A stretch of 64,000 nucleotides of DNA from the human T2T-CHM13v2.0 reference genome, Homo sapiens, in assembly GCA_009914755.4 (NCBI GenBank), contig CP068257.2, forward strand, positions 36,160,001 through 36,224,000, written 5' to 3'. The position numbers and the translations under genes were made by a program. Position 1 is the first letter of the stretch. Every line of letters begins with the position of its first letter. Positions 48,037 to 60,765 of this stretch are shown here, in pieces. The notes below the pieces were generated by a model that was not told the origin of the DNA, did not search any database, and saw nothing but the letters and a program-made list of their open reading frames with translations.

Positions 48037-48395
48037 TATGGTTTGGCTCTGTGTCCCCACTCCAATCTCATCTGGAATTGTAATCCCCACATGTGGAGGG
48101 AGGGACCTGGTGGGAGGTAATTTGATCATGGGGGCATTTTCCCCCAAGCTGTTCTTGTGATAGTGAGCTCTCATGAGATCTGATGGTTTTATAAGTGACG
48201 GGCTTTCCTGCGCACACTTTCTTTCCTGCCACCATGTAAGACGTGCTTGCTTCTCCTTTGCCTTCTGCCATAATTGTAAGTTTCCTGAGGGAGGTCGCCT
48301 AGCCATGCTTCCTGTTAAGCCTGTGAGTCAATTAAACCTCTTTTCTTTATAAATTACCCAGTTTCAGGTAGTATCTTTATAGCAGTGTGAGAACG
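48037..48395 (+). mobile_element. MaLR LTR (THE1/MST family), 3'-truncated
   Basis: tgatatggtttggctctgtgtccccactccaatctcatctggaattgtaatccccacatgtggagggagggacctggtgggaggtaatttgatcatgggggc...gtgagtcaattaaacctcttttctttataaattacccagtttcaggtagtatctttatagcagtgtgagaacgg. Confidence 0.85.
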
Positions 48396-48419
48396 GGGAG
48401 GATCCTTTCTAAGGATTCT

Positions 48420-48760
48420 CCCTAATACAGGGAGGGTCCTTTCTGGCTTCTTCCAGATCCTGGTGGCTGCTGACCGTCCTTGGCTTTCGTGGGTTTACTC
48501 CCCAGTTTTCAAGGCCGGCATCTGTAAGTCTCTGTTCTGTCTGCATGCCACCTCCTTCCCTGTGTGTGGTCAAATCTCTCTCTGCTTCCCTCTTACAAGG
48601 ATACAGGTGATTGCATTTAGGGTCCACCTGGATGATGCGGGGTATTCTCTCCAAGTCAAGATCCTTACTTCCATTTGCTGAGATTTTTGGCCATATAAAG
48701 TTTGGCCATTTAAAGGTTCCAGGAATTAGGATCTGGATCGTCGAGGCCAATTTTTAAATC
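48420..48760 (-). mobile_element. MaLR LTR (MLT1-like), minus orientation
   Basis: ...ctggcttcttccagatcctggtggctgctgaccgtccttggctttcgtgggtttactccccag...ccctcttacaaggatacaggtgattgcatttagggtccacctggatgatgcggggtattctctccaagtcaagatccttacttccatttgctgagatttttggcc... is the reverse complement of the MLT1 body (...cttataagaagagg...gattagggcccaccc...). Confidence 0.6.
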
Positions 48761-49179
48761 TACTACAGTAGTTAAGCAGATTTCTGTACCGTAGGACATT
48801 TTGAAACATTTATTACACTAAATATAATTCACTGAGAATCTCAAGAGGAGGGCTAAGAACTTCCTAAAATTGTTGAATCTTCAACACCCTTCTTCAAGCC
48901 TGCTTTAAAAAAATTTATCCTGAGGCTACCATGAGACTAAAGCCTCTAGGAGTACTTCAGAAAATGTTATCCTATGGATAACTGGGCAACATTTCATATA
49001 TACAAACTCCTTGTCTAGCACTCAATACCTCACTCGATCCAACCCCATCTGTCATTCCTAGACTTTCTCTTACTATTTTCTTACTTAAAGTGTTCACCTT
49101 TAGTATGTTCTGATCACTGTTCTCCAAACACATACTGTGCTTTCCTGCCTCTATTTTTTCTCCTAAGTGAATGACCACT

Positions 49180-49548
49180 GTATTCGTCCGTTTCCACACT
49201 GCTAATAACAACATACCCAAGACTGGGTAATTTATATAGAAAAAGAGGTTTAATGGACTCACAGTTCCATGTGGCTGGGGAGGCCTCATAATCATGGCAG
49301 AAGGTGAGGGAAGAACAAAGGCGTGTCCTACATTGAGGCAGGGAGAATGAGAACCAAGCAAAAGGGGAAACCCTTGATAAAATCATCAGATCTTGTAAGA
49401 CTTATTCACTACCACGAGCACAGTATGGGGCAAACTGCCCCCATGATTCAATTACCTCCCTCTGGGTCCCTCCCATGATGCGTGGGAATTTTGGGAGCTA
49501 CAATTCAAGATGAGATTTGGGAGGGGACACAGCCAAGCCATATCAGCC
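49180..49548 (-). mobile_element. MaLR LTR (THE1/MST family), minus orientation
   Basis: tgtattcgtccgtttccacactgctaataacaacatacccaagactgggtaatttatatagaaaaagaggtttaatggactcacagttccatgtggctggggaggcctcataatcatggcagaaggtgagggaagaac...gggtccctcccatgatgcgtgggaattttgggagctacaattcaagatgagatttgggaggggacacagccaagccatatca is the reverse complement of the THE1 LTR. Confidence 0.9.
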
Positions 49549-51949
49549 ACCTATCCCCTTCCCCACTGCACCCCTAACTTGCAGCACTGTGACCCCTTTC
49601 TCTCTTATTAAGTCTGGGCATTCTCCAAGGCCCAGCTTTCTCTAAGTCTTCCTTAATCCCCCAAGAAAGGATCTCCCCTTTTCTAAATTTTAGCTTTAGT
49701 GTTGAGGTACCCTGGGGTCAATAATAATCCAGTATAGAAATGTGCGAATAGTTACTTTTTTTGTTTTACAAGCACCTTCAAAGTCATCCCTTGATTGATT
49801 GTGTTGTCTTTGCAATATGGAAACTGGAGCTAAAACAGGAAGTTAAAATTACAGCATAATGTTGGGGTTCCTCCAGGAAGTGGGGCATTTCAGGTTGAAC
49901 TTCATTTGATACCGTGTCTTAGTTTAAAAAAGTGAAAAAGTGGAGTCTGCAGGTGTGCCTCTCTCACTTGGAATCTCATCATCTATTTCCTTATGATAAT
50001 TAAGTCTTGTTCAAAGTAGTGTTTAACTTTTTATGTCAGACTCACAGGTATGGCTCCTGTTTTGTAACTTACCTCTTCCCCCCTCCCTCATGGTACCTAC
50101 TGATAAATACTTAGTGACTACTTGGTTATTTCCAATTTATTAAAAAAAAAAACAGATTTTTAAAAAGAGAATGCAAGGAAGAATCGTGTAAAATAATTCT
50201 GATGAATGCAACTCTCGATTTACTCAAAGAAAGATTTCTTTCTTCCTTGATGGCCTTAGAGTAACATTTCCAAATCTGACAAGAGAAAATAATGAGAAAA
50301 CCTCCATGGGAGAGATTAGAGATGGGTCTGAAACCTTTCCTCTTATTAAAGCCAAGGAAACAGGGTGGGGAACACACACAAGCAGAGAGTAGCCTGGATT
50401 TCTTTCTTAAATCCAGACTCGTTTTGTCCTTTTCACGTCTTACTGAGAGTGTTCTTGTTAAGAATGCGTGGTGGAAGAAGGGACCGCAAAGGCTTGTCCC
50501 TGGGATGTGGGGACTCAGCGACTCTCAGGAGAAAATAATTTTGGGAAGGAGATTATTGAAGAGTCAGGGCACAGTGGCCTCTGGGTTTAATTGGACACTT
50601 CTGAGTATGAGAGCTATAACCTGAATTAAATAAATCTCCACTAAGAAAAATATCCCTAGCAACTAAGCAGGGAATGATATTTGGTTTGGGTTTGACTTCA
50701 GGAAATCAAAAGTGTGCTTTATCTCCCTGAATTCTGTGAGCTGGACTGTGTGAGTCCAGGAAGCAATCACCCTCTATATCCCCATCTGTCCAAGGGGAGT
50801 GTGTGGTACCAGGAGGGAAGCACTTGCATATTTGGCAGGAAAGATCACTAGTATTTAGCAATGAAACCCACAGGTATACTCTGGCAACAATGAGATTTCA
50901 GGTGTAAGGTGCAGTGTTACTTGTCAGAATAAACGTACTGCAGGTAACAAACACCACATATCCAAATCCCGTAAGTAGTAGAAATCGATCAACAAGAATT
51001 TTTTAGTACCTAATGGAAATTTATAAAATCATAGAGTGACATCATAACCCTTGGGTTTTTTTTTTAACCTCGAGTCTTTAAAAGGGTTGAATACAGTACA
51101 AGGTGATAAAACTCAACAATATGAATATTATTATAATGGGCTTGAGTTGAGAATAGTAAGTAAAACAAGGTATGGAAGATAATGATACTTTGTCATTTTC
51201 ACCTTTGTTTGAGTGCCTGATATGGGACAGTTGCTATGTTACATGTTTTATATGCATTATATATTAGTTTTCAATATATGAATATATTATCTCTCTCTCA
51301 GCTTTCAGTGTATCTGTTAGTTTATATACACAGGGAACATAATCAAATGCAGTTATACATATTTATATATGTATAAATATACATATTAGCACACATGTGC
51401 ACATACCCATTAGCTTTGTGTATATTATGAAACCCAGGTGGGGAGCTGGTATGATCAGTGGCAGAAACTCGGACCAGAGGGGTTAAGTGAGTTGCCTGTA
51501 GCCTCACAGCTAGGAGGTGGCTGGGCCACAGTTAGATCAGCTCTGTCTGTCTCTTAAGGCCACACTGACGTGCCTCACCTGATAAGCACTACACCCTCTG
51601 TGGACGGCAGGGATGTTGTGCTAATTGTGGAGAAGCCTTTATGAATGCAATTCTGGGCTGCAGAGAAATTCTGAGTCAATATTTAAACATGTAGATATCC
51701 CCAACCCCCAACACCTTTGAGCCTGAAATGTCATATCTTGTGATAAAGGTGACATGGAATCAGGAAAGCACACCGGGGTGTAGGTGGTGATGTTTTTACT
51801 GCTGAACATCCCGGACGCCTTGACTTTTTCCTCTCTGGGAAGCCATCGAGGAGGTGGCTTTCTCCCACTGGTGCCATCCACCTTCATCCGAGTTTAATTC
51901 CCCGCAGCACTGGAAGCCAGGGTGCTTCCCCGGCCTGCTTCCCTTCCCC

Positions 51950-53400
51950 AGCTGAATTCAGGGAGCCTGTGGGCTGTCCCAGCTCACACACCTGTCACCA
52001 GGGAGAAGGCAGGCCTGGGAGCTGGGGGGTGATGGATTCTTGATGAAAAGTCCCTGAAGAGATCAGTTTCCTTTCGGTGACAAAGTAACATGAGGCAAAG
52101 CGGGCTGCATGAGGTGAAAAGCAAATTCCTCCAAGCAGGTGTTTGCATCAGTCCCGGTCCGGGAGAGGCCCATGGCTCTGCGTGGCAGGCTGTCCTCCCC
52201 ACCCTCGTAGCTGCGCTCTGCGGAGTTTCAGCCTTTAAAATTCAGTGTTCTGCTGCTCCCTCTGACCATCTGCTCACTCAATTTCCAGAGCTGAGGCTGA
52301 GGCTCAGCGCTTCCTAAACATGCTGCCTTCTCCCAGCTGTGGACTGTCCACGCTTCCCTGATGAGTTAGCCATCTACTCTGTACCCTCCAGGCTGTCTAC
52401 CCTGCACCCTCCAGCTTTTCTCTTGGCCACACATCTGGGCATCTCTTCCAAATGGCCATTTGTTTGCAGGTCCCATTTGTTTGCATGGCCATTTGTTTGC
52501 TCTCTGAGGGTGCAGGGAAAGGCTGGCACCCCAAAATCCAGCCATGCAGCCTAACCCAGGGCCTGTGCCATCCTGGGGGAGACTTCCTCTCCTATTGCCC
52601 TCTGCCTTGCCTGGGTAGAACCTGCTGTTACCAGAGGTTGATGGGAGGATGAGCAGAAGTGGGAGTGGCGGGAGGTGGGGGATGGAGCCTGAACCAGGGG
52701 TGGAGGTGGTGGGAGGGAGGAGCGGGCTCTTGGAGCCAGGTGGCAGATTGTGGGAGGAGGGCGGGAGGGACAGTGAGACACAGTGAGATGGGGTGGCAGT
52801 TGGTGGGAGGCGGGGAAGGCGAGCGGAGGAAGTGTGAGGCAAGAGAGTTTAAAAATGTGTTTATTTACTTTTCTACTTTGGGCTGGAGCAAAGGCAAGTG
52901 GGGGTAGGTGCCTTTCATGTTCCCTCTGGGAGCTGGGGGCCTCCAGCTTTGGAGAGGTGCTTCTGCACTTGGGTTTGGTTGGGGCTCCTGGATGTCACCT
53001 GGGCACCCCACTGGCTTGGAAGGGGCTGGGAACACATCCCGCTGCTGGGTGTGTGGGGGCCAGGGGGCAGTGATGGAGACAGAGGCAGAGGTGTGTGGAG
53101 CTTGTGGCCCCAGTGATGATGGTGGCCGCCTGGCTCAGGCCTCTGTGTCTGAGTTGCCAAGCTGGGCTGGTAATGCAGTGACTCATGTCGTGAACAGCTG
53201 CTTTGCCCATGATTACTTTCTGTAAGAGGAGTGGCAAATGAGGAAGGCCAAAGTCCCTGTGAACCCATGCGAGAGAGGAAGACACTGGAGTGAAATGCTC
53301 CATGGAGGCTTTGCCCACGCAGGGGTGCCCCCGAGATGGGGGCAAATGGAACCAAGTGAAAAGGTCCATAGCTGCCCCAGAGCCGGGCTTTCCATTACCA
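51950..53400. other. GC-rich, G-skewed non-repeat block, including a G-run cluster at ~52640-52850 with G-quadruplex potential. It is a candidate regulatory or structural element. Evidence for coding is not convincing.
   Basis: Many G3+ runs (ggggatggagcctgaaccaggggtggaggtggtgggagggaggagcgggc...gtgggaggagggcgggagggacag...gggtgggaggcggggaaggcgagcggagg). Both strands are dense with overlapping ORFs, which is typical of GC-rich, stop-poor DNA. No known repeat family was recognised. Confidence 0.4.
52453..52500. repeat. Three tandem copies of ccatttgtttgc(a)
   Basis: ccatttgtttgcaggtcccatttgtttgcatggccatttgtttgctc. Confidence 0.8.
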
Positions 53401-56400
53401 ATAACTTGGAAAGGCAAAATGAGTGAGAAAAATTATTATTGAGGAAGTCATCGGGCAGGCCCTAAAACCTGCTGTTGTGGAAAGAATGACACTCTCGTTC
53501 CATGTTCTGGGAGAAAATGGCCAGCTCTGCTCAGAATCAGGGTCCCCGCCTCCTCCACCTGCCCACTTTCCTGCTCTCCTGTGTCTGTCAGTCCCCAAGG
53601 CAGTGGTATTTCCAACTCCCCGACAACACCATCACGATGGAAAAATCAGTGCATCTTTCTGAGCCTCAATCAGATCATCAATTAAATACAGATTCTTATG
53701 TCTGAATTGTCTCCACAGTCAGGTGGCTGACCAGACAGACTCTCCTGGTGGCTTCCTGGAGTGGTTCAGGTTGATCATCCCAGTGTTAGGCAAGTGGAAG
53801 GTGGGAGGCCGTAGCCTGGAGACCACAGGCCTAGGGAGGGTCTGAGACTGACTAGCAAATCCTGCCATTACTGCAGAAGAATAAATGCCTGGGTCTGTTT
53901 GGCCTTCCTCTTCCTTCCTGGTTTCATCTACAGCATTGATTTTCAACTACTCCCCTGGGGGTGACTTTGCTCCCCCAGGGAAAATTTAGACATGTCTGAA
54001 GTCACCTTGTTGTCATACCTAGAGGGAGGGTGCTACTGGCTTCCGGTGGGTTGAGGTCAAGTTGATCATCCTACAATTCACATCAAGAATTACACAGCTG
54101 ACAAATCTCACTGGTGGCCACGCTGAGAAAGCCCAGTTCATTCCTTCCCAGTGCCAGAGAGAAGGTGTGGGCATCAGAGAGGTGAGTTTCTTACCAACCA
54201 AGTAAGGGACATTCATCAGAAGGTGAGGGGCAACGTGATCTCCAAGACAGCAGAAAGAAAGGAGATGAATTTTTAGGTAACAGTTTTAGCCCCATTTCCA
54301 TTTGCACAAAGACCAGTAATAACTTACAGGAATGTCACGCGTGATGGTTCTAAAATTTTGCTGTTTTGCAAACCCCTGCATGTTTGTACCAGTTAAATGC
54401 TTTAAGCCACATGCTCATTCTGGATATGGCAAGGGAGGGAATTGCATTCTTATTTGGAAATGGCCGTTAGGGGGAAGATCCTGGGCAGTGAGTGCAGGAG
54501 GCAGCAAATAAAAACTACAGGATCAAGAAAGTCCCACCCTGAGGGACATGGGAGGGAGAAGAAGGGAGAGCAGGCAAGGCGGGAAGCCCCCCTTGCATGG
54601 AGACATGGCTCAGGCCTTCTAGTCCATTTCAGCCCTGTCAGCCTCAGAGGTAGGTAGGATCTCTGATTCCAACTGAACATGCCTGTAATCTCAACCAGGA
54701 AGCAATTATCCTTGAGTTTAAAAGATGTTTTCCAGTAAGGACAAACGTATCTCACAGTGAAAAAATACCAGCTTTTCAGAGGAGCACAGACAGGGAAGAG
54801 CCTACTAGCTTGCTTTTGCTTTCAATCAAAGGCTGCTTTTCTGCCTAATGGTGGGACTGAAATGATACATTGTACAGGGACTGCACTAATGTGATGAAGA
54901 AGCATAAACGAAGTTTCTGCTGCTGCTCCCAGCCAGCCCTTCTTAGTATCCACTGAGTGCCTCACTCCCCTGGTCCTGCAGGTAACCCAGCAATGAATAA
55001 CAAAAGAGAGGCTGAATCCCTCAGTTACAAGTTGAGATGACAGGAGGCAATTTGGCAAGCATGAGCAGACAGGGGTGGTGAAGGAAAGCTCTTGGAGCCA
55101 TAGGAGAGCATGAAAACCCGCCTCTAGGTTGGCCTTCAGGACCTGTTCCCAGAAGTACATGGCAGAAGCTCTTGGTAAGGGAATGACTGCTTCTGTTAGT
55201 ACCTGTGCTGGCAACTCAAAACCTGCACCTGCCTCCAGTCCTGTAGCTCACCTAGCTCAGCTCACCCTGCAGGAGGGGCACACGGTCCTGGGGCAAAGGA
55301 GGCAGGGGAATGCGCAAGGAGGGGAAGTGGAGAATTGTCAGAAGGCGGTCTTGCGGGGAGAGACTGGGCAGCCTTAGTGATACCTGCCCACTATGGAAGA
55401 GGAAGGCAAATGAGAAGGGAGGTTTTGGAGAGAAGAAAGGCAGTAGAGGGAAGTAAGTACCATTCTGCAGGGACAGTAGAAGGCACACTGATGGACAGCT
55501 GAGGGGGATGGAGTCCCTGTGGGACTTTAAGAAGACCCCAAACCTCCTTTATAAAGGAAGTATGCCTCTGGTAGGGACATAGCAATGTTTTCCTGGGTGG
55601 TTGTCACTGCAGAGCTCATTAGACAATAATCAGAAATAAAACATCACAGCCATGTCTTAAAATATGTAATGGCAGGAACTGAGTTGTCAAGAGTAATGAG
55701 TTTAAGTCAAGTTACTTTTGAGATGATGCTATAACTACCTGCGTGAGTGTGAACCTGAGATAAGGATCTTAGTATTTAAAGTGCCTAAATTTCATTGGTA
55801 GGGAGAAAGTGCATTTTAAAAAGCACCATCTAGTGGGCCTGGAGTAGCTTTTGTCCCGGGGGATAAAGGGTCATTTAGCACCTTAAAGACCATATACGAT
55901 GAACAGCTCTGCCCCGCGTGAGGTGACACAACGTCTTCCTCGGCCCTTAACTCCCAGCCCAGCTACAGGATCTACAGAAATCTACAGGATTCTCCCATTG
56001 TCAGGAACCCTGGGACCTCCGGATGAATGGGCTCCCATCTAGAATTCTGACACCTGCTTTCCTGGCTCTTTGTCTTGGTTGCTGGGACCCAGGCTTTGTC
56101 TTTGTAGGCAGGTGGTTCTGGAGGCATGGGGCAGTCATCTGCTCTCTGACGGTCAACTCAGGTTTTCCCCGTGCCCATCCTGGTCTGTCTGTCCTCAGGT
56201 CCCTGCCTCACCCTTAACCTGCTCAGCTCTGTATCTGGTGGGGGGCGGGGAAGCTCTGTCAGCTGACATCCAGATGGGCTTAGCCAGTGGGGGCTCCACT
56301 GGGAGCCTGGAGGTCGGTGGGAAGAGAGAACCAAGGTATTTCTCTCCCTCTTCTTGGCCTATAGAGGCGTCTCTGGCAGTGACCATACCTCCTGCATGGC

Positions 56401-56463
56401 TCAAGCTTTCATCAGACAGGTAGGCTGTCGTTCCAATTCTGTCGCCCCTTTCCATCCCTATGA

Positions 56464-56858
<395 letters not shown>

Positions 56859-59333
56859 TAGCATGCAGTTCAGCCCCTCTGTCTTCTGGTGACCATACAT
56901 CCTCCTTCCAAACACAGAGTGGAATTGTGCCCCCTTCATCTTGGAAGTTAGGCGAGGTTATTGACTTGCTTTGGCTAATGCAATCAGAGCAGAAGTGACA
57001 TGTGTCATGTGTCACTTCTGGATGGAATTTTAAGATGCAGTGTCAATATACCATGTGCTCTTCCCCACCATGGCCATGGATGTGAAAACGCAGGTGGAGA
57101 TGCAGCCTCCGAGACTGTGGGGGTCCCAGGGTGACCCTAACATGTCCAGTTCATGGCTGACCAGTGTGGACAAGTGGCATAAAGGAGAAATAAACGTGTG
57201 TGCATATGCATGTACATTCAGCCACAGAGATGTTTTTGTTATTGCAACATAACTTAGCCTCATGCCACTGATATACACACACCTGCCCTATTTGTATCCT
57301 AGAGAGTAGGGAGTTCTTTCCCAAAGGGCACACTGACTGTGGACCAAAAATAACTCCAAACAACTGAAGCCTGTGCCTACCAATGGAAAACCCTAAACTC
57401 AATATATTTGCATTTGAACCAATTGTAACAGCTTATCAAATGACTCCTTCTACCACCTGCATTTCTAGCCCTGGGGTGTCTCGAAAGCTTCGCCAAGCCT
57501 CTCTCCTAAGCTCAAAGTCCTTTCTTGTCCTCCACTACATCCCACTGGTCACCACCTCTTAAATTCATTTCAGATCCACTCTTGTCTAGGTCCCCAGAGC
57601 CTCTCAGCTCATGTGGTGTGCCAGCTCCTGGATTCTTTCATCCGTGTATGCCCAACCTGCAATCCACGCCATGATGCCTCAGTGGATTCCTTCTAAAATG
57701 CTGATCTTCTTTGAAACCTTCAGCACTGCCCCATTACCCACAGGAAAAATTCAAGCCACATACAGGCCCTTTTATAATCTGACCTCTCCTATCTGCCCAG
57801 TCATCTGCTATCAATGCTTTGCTCTTCCGCCACCTCTGTCTTCCTGCATGACGTTCTAGCACTTACAGTCCCATTGGCTGCCTGGTGGAACCCTGATCAT
57901 CCTTTGGGTGCCTTTTTGATGCAGGAGCACACTGGGGTCTGTAAAAGGAAAGCCTCGTGGCCTGCACCTGCAAGCTACAGCGACTTACAGGATGCTTCTG
58001 CAAGAACGCATGCCACATGTCATAGCTGTTACTCTCTTGCCTCCTTTGCCCCCAAATGTTGCGCCTGGTGCAGGCAGGAACCCCATCTTTTTGTCTTTCT
58101 GTGCCTTAACACAATGCCAGAGCTATAATAACCACCCCATAAAAAAGGGAATAAATGATTAAAAACCACTCTGCTTTAATTGAGCTAATTTAATGTGTGG
58201 TGATTGTAATTGGTTCTCTGTCTTCATTTCATCTGACACAACAGCATTTCAAATCTGTACTAAATTTGAGCTGTTTCTTTAGTCATAGGAGGAATTCCCT
58301 CTATATCAAAGCAGACAGCCAAGACCTCTGAACCCCTCACAGAGCAGGTCCTTGACTCTTTGCAGAAAAAGAAACCATAGTCTTTTTGCCTGTTTCTGGC
58401 TGGATGAAGATTCAGCCCCTGGAGCTACTCAGAATAAAGCTGCTGCTCTGTTATTTATTTGGAAATGATGAGTACCTCTTCTCTGCTCCATGTGGATGTG
58501 TTATGGTGGTGATTTCAAGGTGGACCATGACCAAAGGGATGGCTGGGGTAGAATGGCTCATGACAACAACCCCTAGGGACGCTCTGGCTGCCAAGGAAAA
58601 GTGGGGAGTGGGCATGCCTGAGAGAGACTGGCAGGATAGAGACAGAAAGCAAGAGGAAGCCAACTCCTTCTGCCAAGATGCAGAGACAGCCACAGGTAGC
58701 TCAGGCGGCCCCCACTTACTGATGCAGTAATGCATGGCAGACACACAACTGATGCAGAGAAGGGGACAGAAGTGTGATTTCAGCTTGCCAGCAGAACCCT
58801 GAGGTTGGAGGTGGGGGGTCCTAGGGAAGGGATCCTGCAGCCAGGAGAAGACATCAGGGCCAAGTCCACTGCCTGTTCAACTCTTGCAACTCCAACACCA
58901 TGCACAAGACCAGATATCTGATTACAATTTAAATATCAATGAAACCATGTGGCAAGACTTCCTGCGCTGTATTTGATGCATTCCCAGGACCTCCAAGGTT
59001 GGAGGGCAGTGATGTGTCAGCAGACAATGACCATGAAGAAAATTACCTTTGGAAATTTATGTAAGAACAGCCTGCAAAGTATTCCATGCAGACCATGATT
59101 CAGAGCTTTCGGGCTATTTGCCTGCCTCTGGACATCTCCAATTTGTCATCATCTGAGAGGCCAGGACAGAGTCTACTAGGCTGTGTCACCTCTGATGATG
59201 GCACGGTTTGGGTCACTGCATGCCTGTCTTTAGACAATATTGGGAGCCTCCACTAGAATCAGGCTTTCAGTTTCATTTCAGTCAGTGGGTGTAGTGGTAA
59301 AGTGCTGGTTACCAGCGAGCAAGCTGAGAGTCA

Positions 59334-59361
59334 CCCTAACCCTAACCCTAACCCTAACCCT
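59334..59361 (-). repeat. Interstitial telomeric repeat, (CCCTAA)4.7 on the plus strand, equivalent to (TTAGGG)n on the minus strand
   Basis: tcaccctaaccctaaccctaaccctaaccctcc read directly. Confidence 0.95.
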
Positions 59362-59487
59362 CCAGTGTGGGCTTTCTGGTTGCCTCATTTGGAATGGGCT
59401 TCTGGTAGTCTAAGTATGAAAATATCCACTGTGAAGATGCAAATAGAGATTAACATTTCAAAGGGTAGTGTTAAAAAATTGGCAGCC

Positions 59488-60424
59488 CACTTTTTGATGC
59501 GATCTATCCATCTGACAAAGGGCTAATATCCAGAATCTACAAATAACTTAAACAAAATTTACACGAAAAAAACAAACAACCCCATCAAAAAGTGGGTGAA
59601 GGATATGAACAGGCACTTGTCAAAAGAAGACATTTATGCAGCCAACAAACATATGAAAAAATGCTCATCATCACTGGTCATTAGAGAAATGCAAATCAAA
59701 ACCACAATGAGATACCATCTCAAGCCAGTTAGAATGGTGATCATTAAAAAGTCAGGAAACAACAGATGCTAGAGAGGATGTGGAGAAGTAGGAACATTTT
59801 ACACTGTTGGTGGGAGTGTAAATTAGTTCAGCCATAGTGGAATACAGTGTGGCGATTCCTCAAGGATCTAGAACCAGAAATACCATTTGACCCAGCAATC
59901 CCATTACTGGGTATATACCCAAAGGATTATAAATCATTCTACTATAAAGCCACATGCACACACATGTTTATTGTGGCACTGTTCACAATAGCAAAGACTT
60001 GGAACCAACCCAAATGCCCATCAATGATAGACTGGATAAAGAAAATGTGGCACATATACACCATGGAATACCATGCAGCCATAAAAAAGGATGAGTTCAC
60101 GTCCTTTGCAGGGACATGGATGAAGCTGGAAACTATCATTCTCAGCAAACTAACACGAGAACGGGAAACCAAACACTGCATGTTCTCACTCATAGGTGGA
60201 AGTTGAACAATGAGAACACATGGGCACAGGGAGGGGAACATAACATACCAGGGCCTGTCAGGGGTTGGGGGGCCAGAGGAGGGATAACATTAGGAGAAAT
60301 ACCTAATGTAGATGATGGGTTGATGGGTGCAGCAAACCACCATGGCATGTGTATACCTCTGTAACAAATCTGCACGTTCTGCACATGTATCCCAGAACTT
60401 AAAGTATTATATATAAAAAAAGAT
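59488..60424 (+). mobile_element. L1 (L1PA-type) 3'-terminal fragment, end of ORF2 plus 3' UTR, flanked by a 17/18-bp target-site duplication
   Basis: cactttttgatgcgatctatccatctgacaaagggctaatatccagaatctacaaataacttaaacaaaatttacacgaaaaaaacaaacaaccccatcaaaaagtggg...tacctaatgtagatgatgggttgatgggtgcagcaaaccaccatggcatgtgtatacctctgtaacaaatctgcacgttctgcacatgtatcccagaacttaaagtattatatataaaaaaag. The duplicated sequence ttaaaaaattggcagcc (59471-59487) recurs as ttaaaaaaattggcagcc (60425-60442). ORF 59847..60206 (+) is the ORF2 C-terminus. Confidence 0.95.
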
Positions 60425-60504
60425 TTAAAAAAATTGGCAGCCTTTGGAAGGTTGAAAGTTCACAGGCTGTGAACTGCCACACTTAGTTTGCTAATTTTTA
60501 GACC

Positions 60505-60765
60505 CCATGAACCCTCTCTTTGTTAAATCTCTCCCTACCTCCTCTCCCTCTTTGCCTACCTGTCTTGTCTTTGCTCCTTGTAATTCTGTCTCGGTCCTCC
60601 TCAATACCCCCTTCTCTTGGGCTTTCATCATATACCATACATATATTTTCTCTATGCTTTGTGCGTGTTTTTGTTGTTTCTCTATCTCTTCTTCCACATC
60701 TACTTTTCTTCCCTTCTCCATTTTTTTTCTTATCCTTATCATGCCCGTCCTCGTTTCAATAATGT
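60505..60765 (+). repeat. ~260-bp strand-asymmetric polypyrimidine (CT-rich) tract with potential to form H-DNA (an intramolecular triplex)
   Basis: ctctctttgttaaatctctccctacctcctctccctctttgcctacctgtcttgtctttgctccttgtaattctgtctcggtcctcctcaatacccccttctcttgggctttc...ctctatctcttcttccacatctacttttcttcccttctccattttttttcttatccttatc has very few purines on the plus strand. Confidence 0.85.

Noticed and set aside
52366-53417. Cluster of overlapping 60-158 aa ORFs on both strands, including proline-rich minus-strand ORFs, suggesting a proline-rich protein exon
   Set aside because: Simultaneous open frames on both strands and in multiple phases are the signature of GC-rich, stop-codon-poor DNA. The Pro/Gly/Trp/Ser composition follows from C-rich or G-rich codons. 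There are no splice signals and no recognisable domain. I kept it only as a possible regulatory or G4 region.
59334-59361. The possibility that the window abuts a chromosome end because of TTAGGG repeats
   Set aside because: Only ~5 hexamers are present. Ordinary unique sequence and an L1 continue on both sides. This is an interstitial telomeric sequence and not a terminal array.
60491-60742. 83-aa Glu/Lys/Gly-rich minus ORF
   Set aside because: It is a translation of the purine strand of a 260-bp polypyrimidine tract. It is a compositional artefact.
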